DNA of 64,000 nucleotides. Source: a virus. Its lineage: Duplodnaviria > Caudoviricetes. The stretch covers positions 676 through 64,675 of the IMG/VR virus record IMGVR_UViG_3300025030_000876, one strand, 5' to 3'. The notes beneath the pieces were generated by a model, which saw nothing but the letters and a program-made list of their open reading frames with translations, was not told the DNA's origin and made no database searches. The position numbers and the translations under genes were made by a program. How positions within the stretch are numbered: position 1 is the stretch's first letter; every line of letters begins with the position of its first letter. Positions 41,177 to 51,701 of the stretch are shown in pieces.

Positions 41177-42076
41177 TCATGTGTTTATGTTCGACCTAGG
41201 GCAAGAGGTTTACCACAAGGCTTCTGGAATGGTAGGGGTTATTGAAAGTTGTGCGGCTAAGCTAGATGCTAATTGGTACGATATTACTGGCTTTGCTGCA
41301 TGGGTTATTGAGAGTGACTTGGAGCCCACCAATGAATCCTAAACCAAAACCTTTGTTTGAAGTAAACTCAATGGTAAAATGCCCAATCGGGCTTAGTATC
41401 GTTAACTTTATTCTTGCCAACGACGAAGGGTATCTATACCACACAGACTGCGGTTGGTGGCATGAAGAGGAACTTAGGAGCCTTAGCGATGCTAATGCAA
41501 ATTAAACGCCTAACCGAAACCAAAACCTGTGGAAGCTCCCGGTTGATTCTGGAGTTAGTTGACCCTCACTTGGCTCCTGAGTTTAGCCCGAAGCACTCGC
41601 TAAAACCAGGGAATGTAATCCGAGTAGAAGTTATTTCCCACGAGGAAGCTTATGAAATTCGAGATAACTGAAAACCAAGGTCTTGCTCTCCGAGAACTCC
41701 AAGAAGAAGAATCAGCAGCTTCGCTAACTCTCAAAGTAGCAATGTCACACCACAGTTCTTTAATGCGTCAGATTGCTACAACTACTGAACTCGTCTGGAG
41801 CGAGATAGTAGACACCCATGAACTCGACATCACAACCCACGACTATCAACTTATCGAAGAAGCTGGGAAGTTCTTTGTAATTTCCTCTAAACCGGAGAAA
41901 GCATAATGAACATCAACAAAAACCTCGCTGATGCTATCTTTTGGCTTTGTGTTACTATCTCTGTCGGCTTTATGAGTGCTTGCACTGTTCGTATTGTCGA
42001 AGCCGACCTTGCCAGAGAGCATCCGGTGATTGTTACTAACCCAACTAAAGTCCTTTGGTCTAAGGAGGTGAAGTAA

Positions 42077-42823
42077 GTGGCACAAACAGAAAACATGGAG
42101 ACGAAAGCACTAAGGGTTTTGATTTACGGTCCGGCGGGCACTAAGAAAACAACCCTTGCAGGAACATTCCCTAACCCGCATTTCGTTGACCTTGATGGCG
42201 GGATGATGGTTCTTAAAGGCAAGAAAGGAGTTAATTACGTAACCATCAATGGACGCCCAACTACCGACCCAGACTTTATCTCACTTGTCGGGCAGAAGTT
42301 CTCTAACCAAGACGCATTTACCAAAGCCCAAGAATTGATTGAGAAATGGGCTAATAAACTAACCAAAGAAGAAACCCTTGTCATCGACAGCCTTAGTTTT
42401 CTTAGCAATTATACTATGGATTATGTCCTCACAACTGCGAAGGTAAAACAAGCTAGGATTCAGGATTTTGGGGCAGCTAGAGCTTTGATTGAAGCAACCC
42501 TGGAAGCTACTAAAGGCTGTGAGTGCAACGTGGTTATGATCGCTCATGAGACCTTTGAAAAGGATGACGAGCAAGGATATATGAGCTTCATGCCCAACAC
42601 AGTAACCAAGAACCTTGCCACACAAATCCCGAATTACTTTGACGAAGTTTGGCGCAGTTTCGCCGAACAAGGGAAAGGAGAAGCTAGGGGAAAAACTATC
42701 TTCGGTATCGACACAGTGCCAACTAGACGTACTGTGGGCAAATCCAGAATCAATCTTCCTGCAAGGATTGAGGAACCAACTTACGAACTCATTATGAAGC
42801 TCAAAGGTACTGGAGATAAATAA
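42077..42823 (+). CDS. Sak4-like AAA_24 ATPase (recombinase)
   Basis: LIYGPAGTKKT, LVIDSL, IAHE, FDEV, KSR. Confidence 0.85.
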   Translation: MAQTENMETKALRVLIYGPAGTKKTTLAGTFPNPHFVDLDGGMMVLKGKKGVNYVTINGRPTTDPDFISLVGQKFSNQDAFTKAQELIEKWANKLTKEETLVIDSLSFLSNYTMDYVLTTAKVKQARIQDFGAARALIEATLEATKGCECNVVMIAHETFEKDDEQGYMSFMPNTVTKNLATQIPNYFDEVWRSFAEQGKGEARGKTIFGIDTVPTRRTVGKSRINLPARIEEPTYELIMKLKGTGDK

Positions 42824-43410
42824 TGCCAAAGTACGAACCTCATTCTCCAGTGAAATTAAAACGGCTTTCATGGCTTGTGTGTCGTTACTGCGGATTGGTT
42901 TATCTAAGAAATGAACTTACCAAACAAGCAATAAAGAAAGGCCATGAGGTAGACTAATGCTCTGGGCGCAATCAATCGTAGTAATCTTCATACTCCTTGG
43001 ACTTTGGGAGGCTTTAAAATCCACTCCCAAAAACGTAGTCTACTGGTTTCTGCTGGTTGCACTATTGTATTTCGCAGGAACGTTTAACCAACTTGTCCCG
43101 TATGTTACGGGATTGTTCTAAAGGAGTTAAAATGTCATACTCACTGATCGCACCATGTTATGATTGTACCAAGAAAGATAAATGCAACGACAGGCATTTT
43201 ATTCAAGGTGGAATTAATGGTATCCACGATGTGTGGCCCCAAGAAAAAGGACATCTAGGTTCTGGCATCGTTACAATTAGTTGCCAGAATTATATCCAAG
43301 TAACCTCAGGAGGTGCATAGACGAAATCAATACTACATTATGTTATTGGCAAAAGCGAACAAGACATAACCTCTTACCTAATTACACTCAACGAAAAAGG
43401 AGCAAAACAA

Positions 43411-43788
43411 ATGGCCGTAATTTCTCTCCCCAAATCCCTGAACGATGTTGTTGTCAACGATTTCTCTGCTGTTCCGCCCGCAACCTATGAACTCGAAATC
43501 GTCAAAGTAAAACATCAGGTTTCCCAAGCTGGCAATCCCATGCTGGTTGTCCAGTACAAAATCATCAATGATGATGAATATACCGGTAAGATGGTTTTTG
43601 AGAATGTTTCCCTTGTGCCCGAAGCACTCTTTACCCTTAAAGCTATCTCGATGGCTACTGGTTTGGAGATTGATTCCGATTTCGACACCGATGACCTTAT
43701 CGGGGAAGTTGTTACTGCGGTTCTTGACGTTGAAACTTACAATGGCAAGGATAAGAATGTGATCAAAAGATATGAATTCAAAGAGTAA
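43411..43788 (+). CDS. DUF669-type single-stranded DNA-binding protein
   Basis: VPPATY...SQAGNPML...ETYNGKDKNVIK; near Sak4. Confidence 0.8.
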   Translation: MAVISLPKSLNDVVVNDFSAVPPATYELEIVKVKHQVSQAGNPMLVVQYKIINDDEYTGKMVFENVSLVPEALFTLKAISMATGLEIDSDFDTDDLIGEVVTAVLDVETYNGKDKNVIKRYEFKE

Positions 43789-43861
43789 TTTGTAGTTCTT
43801 GCCCTCACCGGAGGCTAGGGCGTAAAATCCCTAGCTTCTATTGAGTATAAGAGTTGCAATC

Positions 43862-43946
43862 GCCGGGGCAACTAGTAAAATAGTTCCCTTCCTCCTGCTG
43901 TTTGCTAGTGGGTTTCCTCCCTCCTAGCCCAGCCCCGGCTATTTTT
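43862..43946 (+). ncRNA. Candidate sRNA with two CCUCCU loops
   Basis: GCCGGGGC/GCCCCGGC closing stem, two inner hairpins, U-tract. Confidence 0.5.
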
Positions 43947-44281
43947 ACCAAAGGATTTTTATGTTATCTATCCGAAGATTATCTGATAAAGCTTACGGGA
44001 TTAACACTTACGAACTTAGGATAAACTCCCAATTAATTTGCACATTTAACCACCGTTATGAAGATGGATTGGCTGCGTGTTTGTTGCGGGCGTCTGAAGC
44101 AGTAACTAAAGCCAGGCAAGCTGAGTTAGAAGTATTCCTCCAACACCTTTGCGAAAGGACTAAAGATGTTTAAGTTTGTAGATGTCATGCGTGTTATCAT
44201 CCTCCCCGGCGAAATCACTCCCGAACGCGAAGCAGTAATCAAGATGTTCATTTCTTACGACGAGAGGAAAGGGAAGAAGAA

Positions 44282-44839
44282 ATGACGACACATGAAACCT
44301 ATCTGGCGTTGTTGCGGACATATAGTTCTTTTGATAATCGCGGTGCAGTGATGGTTGTAACAGAAGATAACACAATCTCAGTAATCAGCAGTCATTACCA
44401 CAACCCTTATCCTTTTGACCTTGAACAAGACCTTATCCCTACTGCAATCGCAACCGCTGCAAAATGGTCTGGGAAATGCAAAAATGCAACGCTCTACACC
44501 ACCGAATACCCTATCCGGCAAGAATCCAAGATGATTATTGCTTCCGGGATTTCAATGGTAGTCTTGGATCACAAAAGAATCCCTGCTGTTGTTGATGGGC
44601 TTGATTTGCTTTATCGCGCTGAAATTCCTGTTATTCGGTTTGTTGATGGCAAACTTGAAACTTACATGCGTTGTATTAAATGCAGCAATCCTAACTTCTA
44701 CCAAGGCCACGTATACTATTGCCAAGATTGTTTCTCCAACAAAGGCCCGTTTTGTATCTTTGGTAGCGATTGTTCATCTGCCGGTCAGTGCCAAGATTAC
44801 ACGAATTTTATTTCTATGACTAGAAGGGAGACTTGCTGA
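44282..44839 (+). CDS. dCMP/cytidine deaminase-fold protein lacking Zn ligands, plus C-terminal Cys-rich finger
   Basis: GAVMV...AIATAA...NATLYTTEYP...MIIASGISMVV scaffold; HAE and PCxxC absent. Confidence 0.6.
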   Translation: MTTHETYLALLRTYSSFDNRGAVMVVTEDNTISVISSHYHNPYPFDLEQDLIPTAIATAAKWSGKCKNATLYTTEYPIRQESKMIIASGISMVVLDHKRIPAVVDGLDLLYRAEIPVIRFVDGKLETYMRCIKCSNPNFYQGHVYYCQDCFSNKGPFCIFGSDCSSAGQCQDYTNFISMTRRETC

Positions 44840-45788
44840 TGTTTATTGACAGGCCTAAAACTATATTTGTCTGTGGCTTATGCGGCAGTACTAACATTGG
44901 TAGGCCAATGAATAATGATCGAGTAGATATCGAATGTATGGATTGTGGTCATCGCAAAATGAAATCTGTTGATGGCAGTGGTATTGCTGATTGGCATTTT
45001 ATCAATAAGCCAAGAAGAGTGGAGTTTTGATATGAAACAAGCACCGATTCAGATGTATAAAGTTGTTGATAAGATGACTCACTTTCGTAACGAGCAGATG
45101 CTAGACGCAGTAGAGGCTCTTGAAGGTAAACCTGTCAGTCGTAGCGAAGTAATGGAATTTGGTAAACTCTATGCTTATGACAACGATGAGCTTCATTTTG
45201 TGTGGAAGGGCAAGCTTGCTATTATCTTTCTGCCACCTAGCATTGATGATTTGTCAATGCTGAATATGGAAGCTATTTTAGTTTATGCCGATGATAAAGT
45301 GGTGAAGCCAGTTTAGGGAGGATAAGATTAATATGAATATGAATTCCGCGTATATAACCAAGCACCAAGGAATAATTACAAGGCTCTGCTACAGTCGTGC
45401 TTTGCCACCTAACATTGCTATTCAAAGCAATATTGAAACCTATATTGAACCTGTATTGGAAGAAATGATATACAAACTATCTGTATATCTAGCTGCGAAA
45501 CAACACAAGAAAACAGATACAAAAACTATAGAAGAAGTAATAGATATCATAAAAATTCCTTCCTCTTGGTGGCAGCATTTTAAACGGGAATACGCACCTG
45601 AATGGTTCACAAATAGATGGCCGGTTAAAGTCTACGAACATCCTTTGAGAGTGTTACGTAAAACCACAACCATCACAGAGATAACAAATATATGCCCACA
45701 TACTTTGGTAGATAAAGAACGAACTCATTTTGAGTTTTTGTTATTTAGCAAAGATAGTGAATATCCAGGGGTTAGGAGGCCTAAGTGA
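44833..45788 (+). CDS. Three hypothetical proteins (Zn ribbon 44833; 45032; 45333)
   Basis: Coupled ORFs. Confidence 0.55.
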
Positions 45789-47821
45789 AAATCTCTTGTT
45801 GTATGATAGTTAAGGATGAAGAAAAGAATATCAAACGTGCGTTAACTTCTATTTCAGGTAAGGTGGATGAAATCATTGTTATTGACACAGGAAGCACAGA
45901 TAAGACAACGAGAGAAATTATTGCTTTTATGAAACATTATGGCCGCGAAAATATCATTGTCAATGATTTTGTTTGGATTGATGACTTTGCAGCGGCAAGG
46001 AATTACTCCAAGCGGTTTGCAACTGGCGATTTCATCTTCTTCATGGACGCAGATGAAGAGTTTATTGGTGAAATGCCAGAACTAACCAAACAAGCATTCT
46101 ACACCATAACCATACAAAACCATACAGACGCCGGAGTTCCTATGACTTCTGTCCCTGTGCGCTTCGCGCCTAACATTCCAGAAGTATCTTTCAAAGGCAG
46201 AGTTCATGAGCAGTTTGCATCAACAATCCCGCTTGAAGTAATATCTATCAATGATTGTTACTTGAATCATTATGGATATCTTGGAGAAGCTAGAGAAGCC
46301 AAAGACAAACGCACTCGCAACGTAACCTTGCTCGAAGCCGAACTTACTGAGAATCCAACTCCGGATTTGTGTTATTACCTTGGCCAGGAATACTACGGCC
46401 TCGGTAAATTCCAAGAAGCTCTGGAACTCTCAGACAAAGGAATTGCATTAATCTCTGAAGATAAATCCTACGCTGCAACTTTGTATAACCTCCAGGTTGT
46501 TTGTCTCATTGAACTTGGTTGCAGAAGTGAACTCACTGCTTTTGCTGACCACTACGCTGATGAATACGAACACCCTGAAACCTATCTCGCTCTTGCTTCT
46601 TACTTTGCTTCTGTAGCCGACGAAGGCAGAATGCTTCGGTGTGCATTCAACTGCCTCAAGTTCCACAACGCTGGAGTTCTACCAGTTCGCTACGCAGAAT
46701 CCTCCATCAAACTCATGCCTTACAAAATCCTCGGAGAATACTATGAATCCAGAGACAAGTTGCTATCACTGTATTTCTACGAGTATCTGCTGGGGGCAGG
46801 ATGCACCGAAGTCGAACTCTATACAAAACTCCATTCCCTCCTCCCAAAAACCTACCGAACAACCCCTAAGTGGGAATACTACGCAACAAAATGTTACGAG
46901 CTGACGAATCATCCTGGGTACTTCAAGAGCATTGCAAATGCTTACCTTAACACCACTGACTCGGAAAAACACGAAGAAGCCATGAAGATGATTGACCAAG
47001 TAGCGAATCCTCTTGAGAGAATCCAGATTAGGGACAATTTGGAATCTAATGGCAAGCAACATCTTGCAGTTATGCTTACTAGGCCAATGCAATATACTAT
47101 ACCAACTCTGGCCTCAACAAAAGCTTCTATTAGCATTATCATCCCAACAATGCTAAAAGCCTCAGCAGATTATTTTGAGTATAACTTGAAACTCCTTGAA
47201 GAATGCCCTTTGGTAGATGAAGTTATCATCATCAACAACAGTAATGAAATATTCCCATACTATTGCTCTAAAGCAATCATTTATGAGCTTGGTAAAAACA
47301 TCGGAGTAAACCCAGCTTGGAATCTTGGGATGCAAGGAGCAAAGGGTGATTATTATCTGCTACTAAATGATGACTGTTTAATCAACGAGCAAGTTCTTTG
47401 GGATTGTGTTTCTGCCCATAAGTGGATTGAAGACGCTGGAGTTATTGGATGTTTTACTAAGCACGAATCTCTTGAGCAATATATAAGTAAGACAGCACTA
47501 TATACTCAGACCACTGCTATCGAATACAACTTTGAAGAACACAAAGCATTTTCTCTTGGGTGGTTTATTTTTGGAAAGACTTCTGATTGGGTTCCTATTC
47601 CAGAAGAACTTGTTTATTTTTATGGCGACGATTTCATACATCACAAACAACTTGTAGCGGGAAGAACGAATCTGGTTATCACTTCTAATTACATTTCACA
47701 CGCTGTTAGCACGACTGTAAACGCGCTTGATTTGTACCGCAAAGGCTTATTGCAATCAGAAGGAACTATCTACCAAAGAATCCTGGAGGAAGAGAATGGT
47801 AATTTTATTCACAGTGCTTAA
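45785..47821 (+). CDS. Double GT2 glycosyltransferase with central TPR-like repeats
   Basis: GT2 #1: MIVKDEE, DTGSTD, FAAARN, DADE, VHE, HYGY. GT2 #2: IIIPT, NPAWNLG, LLNDD, GDD. Confidence 0.9.
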   Translation: MKISCCMIVKDEEKNIKRALTSISGKVDEIIVIDTGSTDKTTREIIAFMKHYGRENIIVNDFVWIDDFAAARNYSKRFATGDFIFFMDADEEFIGEMPELTKQAFYTITIQNHTDAGVPMTSVPVRFAPNIPEVSFKGRVHEQFASTIPLEVISINDCYLNHYGYLGEAREAKDKRTRNVTLLEAELTENPTPDLCYYLGQEYYGLGKFQEALELSDKGIALISEDKSYAATLYNLQVVCLIELGCRSELTAFADHYADEYEHPETYLALASYFASVADEGRMLRCAFNCLKFHNAGVLPVRYAESSIKLMPYKILGEYYESRDKLLSLYFYEYLLGAGCTEVELYTKLHSLLPKTYRTTPKWEYYATKCYELTNHPGYFKSIANAYLNTTDSEKHEEAMKMIDQVANPLERIQIRDNLESNGKQHLAVMLTRPMQYTIPTLASTKASISIIIPTMLKASADYFEYNLKLLEECPLVDEVIIINNSNEIFPYYCSKAIIYELGKNIGVNPAWNLGMQGAKGDYYLLLNDDCLINEQVLWDCVSAHKWIEDAGVIGCFTKHESLEQYISKTALYTQTTAIEYNFEEHKAFSLGWFIFGKTSDWVPIPEELVYFYGDDFIHHKQLVAGRTNLVITSNYISHAVSTTVNALDLYRKGLLQSEGTIYQRILEEENGNFIHSA

Positions 47822-48062
47822 GTCTGCTTTATTAGTTTTTGGTATTATTATAGCAGCCACTTTTCTTCACATGGGTATGGTGATAAGTTGCATGTCTCCA
47901 AACGATTATAGAGATTTGCAGAAAGCGTCCAGAACAACTGCGGGTTGGCTTAACTTTTGGGACAACTATAGAGGACGTATAACGCCAACGGTTAAGACTA
48001 TAATTTTTGTATTGTACGCTGGCCTCGTTGCATTTAGTATAATCCAATGGAGTGCAAAATGA
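47796..48062 (+). CDS. Small membrane protein (2 TM)
   Basis: Hydrophobic ORF between the glycosyltransferase and methyltransferase. Confidence 0.5.
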   Translation: MVILFTVLKSALLVFGIIIAATFLHMGMVISCMSPNDYRDLQKASRTTAGWLNFWDNYRGRITPTVKTIIFVLYAGLVAFSIIQWSAK

Positions 48063-48652
48063 ATTCAACCAGAACTGATATCATAAATCACTACATCTCC
48101 AAACACAACTACTCCCGGTATCTCGAAATAGGTATCGACAACGGAGCCAACTTCGCAGCAATTAATTGCCATCACAAAGTCGGAGTAGACCCAGAACCGT
48201 CTTGTAAAGCAACTTGGCCGACAACATCTAACCAATTCTTTCGGGCAAACAAAGAATATTTTGATTGTATTTTCATCGACGGCCTACACCATGCAGACCA
48301 AGTAGTAGAGGATGTCCAAAATGCTCTACAAGTGCTTACTATGCAAGGAACCATAATCATCCACGATTGTTTACCTACTTCTGAGCTTCACCAACTTACT
48401 CCTCGGCAATCAATCACCTGGACCGGTGATGTCTGGAAAGCATGGGTACGTCTCCGGCAACTTAATTGTATCCAGCAGTTTGTAATCGATACCGATTGGG
48501 GATGTGGGATTATCCAGTTTGGAGTCCAGCAGAAGCTATTGGTCCCCGATGCTAAACTCACTTGGGATAACTTCTGCAAACACAAACAAGAATGGATGAA
48601 TATCGTTACTATTGACCAATGGAAACTATCGGAGGCGAATAATGCTAGTTGA
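48059..48652 (+). CDS. Class I SAM-dependent methyltransferase (Methyltransf_24-like)
   Basis: YLEIG, GVDP, IFIDGLH, IIHDC, WTGDVWK. Confidence 0.88.
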   Translation: MNSTRTDIINHYISKHNYSRYLEIGIDNGANFAAINCHHKVGVDPEPSCKATWPTTSNQFFRANKEYFDCIFIDGLHHADQVVEDVQNALQVLTMQGTIIIHDCLPTSELHQLTPRQSITWTGDVWKAWVRLRQLNCIQQFVIDTDWGCGIIQFGVQQKLLVPDAKLTWDNFCKHKQEWMNIVTIDQWKLSEANNAS

Positions 48653-49052
48653 TGATTTCGCAGACCTAGTAGATAAAGCTATAGCTTTAAACAAAGCAAA
48701 CCGAAAATGCGGACCTAGTAGTGCAATGTTTTCACCAATAGCTTATGCTAAACAGATGTGTACTGTCAAATTAGATATTGGGCGGGCAGTGGGTAAATCA
48801 ACTTATATCGCAGATCATGCAACAGCCAAGGATATCATTATAGTGCCAACGCTAAGACATAAATCCATGATGTATCTTTATTATAAAGATAAAAATGTAG
48901 TGGCGTATACTGAAATCCTAGGTTATCGTACAAGCAAGCCACCATATGTCAATATTTATGTAGATGAAATTGCTGGTATTGATTTGGATTTTATTTATAA
49001 CACATTTGTTGACTCAACGATTGCACAAACCTTTATCATCTTGGGAGCTTAA
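48642..49052 (+). CDS. Small stand-alone P-loop NTPase
   Basis: GRAVGKST and IYVDE in only 136 aa. Confidence 0.6.
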   Translation: MLVDDFADLVDKAIALNKANRKCGPSSAMFSPIAYAKQMCTVKLDIGRAVGKSTYIADHATAKDIIIVPTLRHKSMMYLYYKDKNVVAYTEILGYRTSKPPYVNIYVDEIAGIDLDFIYNTFVDSTIAQTFIILGA

Positions 49053-49054
49053 TA

Positions 49055-50137
49055 ATGGCAAAGCCTAAGAAAAGAGAATTCCTGCAACTGGCTTTTACTT
49101 ATAATCCTGCTAAACACAACATCACCAATTGGCTAGTATCCGAGAAACTTGATGGGTGCAGAGCATTTTGGGATGGCAGGGTCTCCAGAGGTATGCTTTG
49201 CTCCGAAGTACCTTGGGCGAATACTCTCAAAGATAAAAAAGAGTTTACGGCAACGGGCTTATGGAGTCGTTATGGGAAACCCATTTTCGCCCCTGAATGG
49301 TTTCTAAACCAACTCCCGGTAGGAATTCCACTTGACGGAGAACTCTTCGCCGGGAGGGGTAAACACCAGACGCTTAGAAGTGCCACGTCGAAGCATATTC
49401 CTATCGATAGCGAATGGCAGAAAGTTAAGTATTGCATCTTCGATTCGCCTAATTTGTGTGATGTTCTTTATAATTCTACAATTAACATTACTAACTTCCA
49501 GAAAACTATCTCAGGAATGCAAGAGTTTTTTATCGCTAATAATGAACCTCCTGCGCATCATGGGTGTAAGACTTATGCTCAAGTTTACCAGTATCTCCAA
49601 GACACTTGGATTTACCAACCAAACATGGAACTTGTACTGCAAACCCCAATGCACATGATTGATGATATTGATACCATGCTGGCTGAGATTGTATCATCTG
49701 GCGGGGAAGGCCTAATTTGCAGAGACCCTTATGCTTCTTATGTCCCTTGGCGTGCTCATTCAATGGTAAAACTTAAGCCTTCGTTGGATTCAGAAGCAGT
49801 TGTAGTGGGATACATCACAGGGCGTGAAACAGATAAAGGCTCTAAACTCCTTGGCCTCATGGGAGCAATGATTGTTGAATGGAGAGGCAAAAGATTTGAG
49901 CTTAGTGGCTTTACGGGTGAAGAAAGAACTCTGCATATATGCGAAGGCCCTTCCAGATATAACAAAGCAGTTGCATTCGATTGGGCAGCCGAAAATCCAG
50001 AAACTCGATGTCCTGGTTGGATTGAAGCAAAGCATTTCCCTAAAGGCTCTAAAGTGACCTTCTGCTACAGGGAACTCACAGATAAAGGGATTCCTAAGGA
50101 GGCGCGTTTCCTACGTCCTCGCGGAGACTTCGAGTAA
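49055..50137 (+). CDS. ATP-dependent DNA ligase
   Basis: SEKLDG, LDGEL, FD, EGL, KLK, plus OB domain. Confidence 0.92.
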   Translation: MAKPKKREFLQLAFTYNPAKHNITNWLVSEKLDGCRAFWDGRVSRGMLCSEVPWANTLKDKKEFTATGLWSRYGKPIFAPEWFLNQLPVGIPLDGELFAGRGKHQTLRSATSKHIPIDSEWQKVKYCIFDSPNLCDVLYNSTINITNFQKTISGMQEFFIANNEPPAHHGCKTYAQVYQYLQDTWIYQPNMELVLQTPMHMIDDIDTMLAEIVSSGGEGLICRDPYASYVPWRAHSMVKLKPSLDSEAVVVGYITGRETDKGSKLLGLMGAMIVEWRGKRFELSGFTGEERTLHICEGPSRYNKAVAFDWAAENPETRCPGWIEAKHFPKGSKVTFCYRELTDKGIPKEARFLRPRGDFE

Positions 50138-51081
50138 TGGTAAAAAACAAACTAAACCCATCTGCCCCGGTAGCAATCCTAGTTGGAACCCCAACCGCAG
50201 AGGATGATGTTAAGCGCAAACTTCTTAGCTGCAAAGCAGGGCAAAAGTTCCAATCATTCTTGAGTGCTAATGGGATTTTGCCAGATGATTGTAGTTACTT
50301 GTCGCTTGTATCCGAACGCCACCCTACTTTGGATAGAATCCGCCCAGATGAACTACTTTGCTGGCAGGAACTAACTCGTAGAGACATAGTTAAAATCAAT
50401 CCCAATATTGTGTTGGCTGTTGGCGAACTTCCATTTAAGTTCCTAACTGGCCTTAGTGACCATTACTCCTATAGAGGTTATATTTGTAAACCACTTATGG
50501 GAGATTTCAAAGTTCTTTGCATTTGGGATTATAGCAACTTCTTCTCTAATCCAGAATGGAATCCATTAACTCACTGGGATGCAGCAAAAGTAAAAGAGCA
50601 TATGCATACCAAAGACCCAATGTATAATAAAGTAGAAGTAATAGTCACCCATAATCTGCAATTAATTATGGACGAGTTTCTTAGCGAAGAGTACATAAAT
50701 AATCCAGACAGCATGTTATCTTTCGACATTGAGTGTAATAAGCAAGAATTAACTTGTATTGGATTCGCTAAAGAGACAAATAAGGCTTATGTAATTCCGT
50801 TGAACAAAATGCATTCCGGTGAATATGCCAGAGCAATTAGGGTTATTAATGCTGTGCTTAAATCACCAGTCAAGAAGGTAGCCCAGAATGGGTCGTTTGA
50901 TATAACATATCTTGCATACTACAACAATATCCAAGTTAATAATTTCGCATTCGATACTATGCTAGCGATGCACTCAATGTATTCAAATCTCCCGAAAGGA
51001 CTTGGTGTTCTTGGGTCTGTGTTTACTAATTGCGAACCCTGGAAAATGAACAAAGGTGATGACTCAGATGATTTTAAGTAG
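50137..51081 (+). CDS. polA: Family A DNA polymerase, N-fragment (degenerate UDG-like domain plus ExoI/ExoII)
   Basis: UDG4-like fold (INPNIVLAVG...YRG); SFDIE; QNGSFD; FDTMLA. Confidence 0.85.
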   Translation: MVKNKLNPSAPVAILVGTPTAEDDVKRKLLSCKAGQKFQSFLSANGILPDDCSYLSLVSERHPTLDRIRPDELLCWQELTRRDIVKINPNIVLAVGELPFKFLTGLSDHYSYRGYICKPLMGDFKVLCIWDYSNFFSNPEWNPLTHWDAAKVKEHMHTKDPMYNKVEVIVTHNLQLIMDEFLSEEYINNPDSMLSFDIECNKQELTCIGFAKETNKAYVIPLNKMHSGEYARAIRVINAVLKSPVKKVAQNGSFDITYLAYYNNIQVNNFAFDTMLAMHSMYSNLPKGLGVLGSVFTNCEPWKMNKGDDSDDFK

Positions 51082-51089
51082 GAGTTTTT

Positions 51090-51701
51090 ATGGCTAAATG
51101 CTCAGTGGAAAATTGTGAATCAAATATACTAGCTAAACAATTATGTAGCAAGCATTATCAGCAAAAATATATTTATGGTGGTATTCGACGAACTAAATTT
51201 GACCCAAACGAAATTTTGGAATACGATAGTCATGCTGAGATAAAGCTCTATGATGCTAAAGGCAACCATATAGCATCGACGTTAATTGATTTAGATGATT
51301 CTCAAAGAGCCAGAAAATATAAATGGTATTTAAGCGGTGGATATGTGAAGACCCAGGATGGTCTAACCCTAGCTGATTATATTATGAGAAAACCTAGGGA
51401 AATGTATATTGACCATGCGAACAGGAATACATTAGATAACAGAAAATCAAATCTGCGAATATGTACTGCTGGGCAAAATAACTGTAATAAGCCCAATTGT
51501 GGTAATAGACAATCTAAATACAAAGGTGTTCACTATAATGGATATTCCTGGTGTGCATTTATTTACAAAGGAAAGTCTTATTATATAGGTAGTTATAATT
51601 CTGAAATTGAAGCAGCAAGAGCTTATGATATTAAAGCTATAGAATTACATGGCGAATTTGCTTATTTGAATTTCCCGGAGGACTATGATGGCAAAGATTG
51701 A
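51090..51701 (+). CDS. HNH-AP2 homing endonuclease inside polA
   Basis: DHANRNTLDNRKSNLR; SKYKGV...AARAYDIKAIELHGEFAYLN. Confidence 0.9.
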   Translation: MAKCSVENCESNILAKQLCSKHYQQKYIYGGIRRTKFDPNEILEYDSHAEIKLYDAKGNHIASTLIDLDDSQRARKYKWYLSGGYVKTQDGLTLADYIMRKPREMYIDHANRNTLDNRKSNLRICTAGQNNCNKPNCGNRQSKYKGVHYNGYSWCAFIYKGKSYYIGSYNSEIEAARAYDIKAIELHGEFAYLNFPEDYDGKD

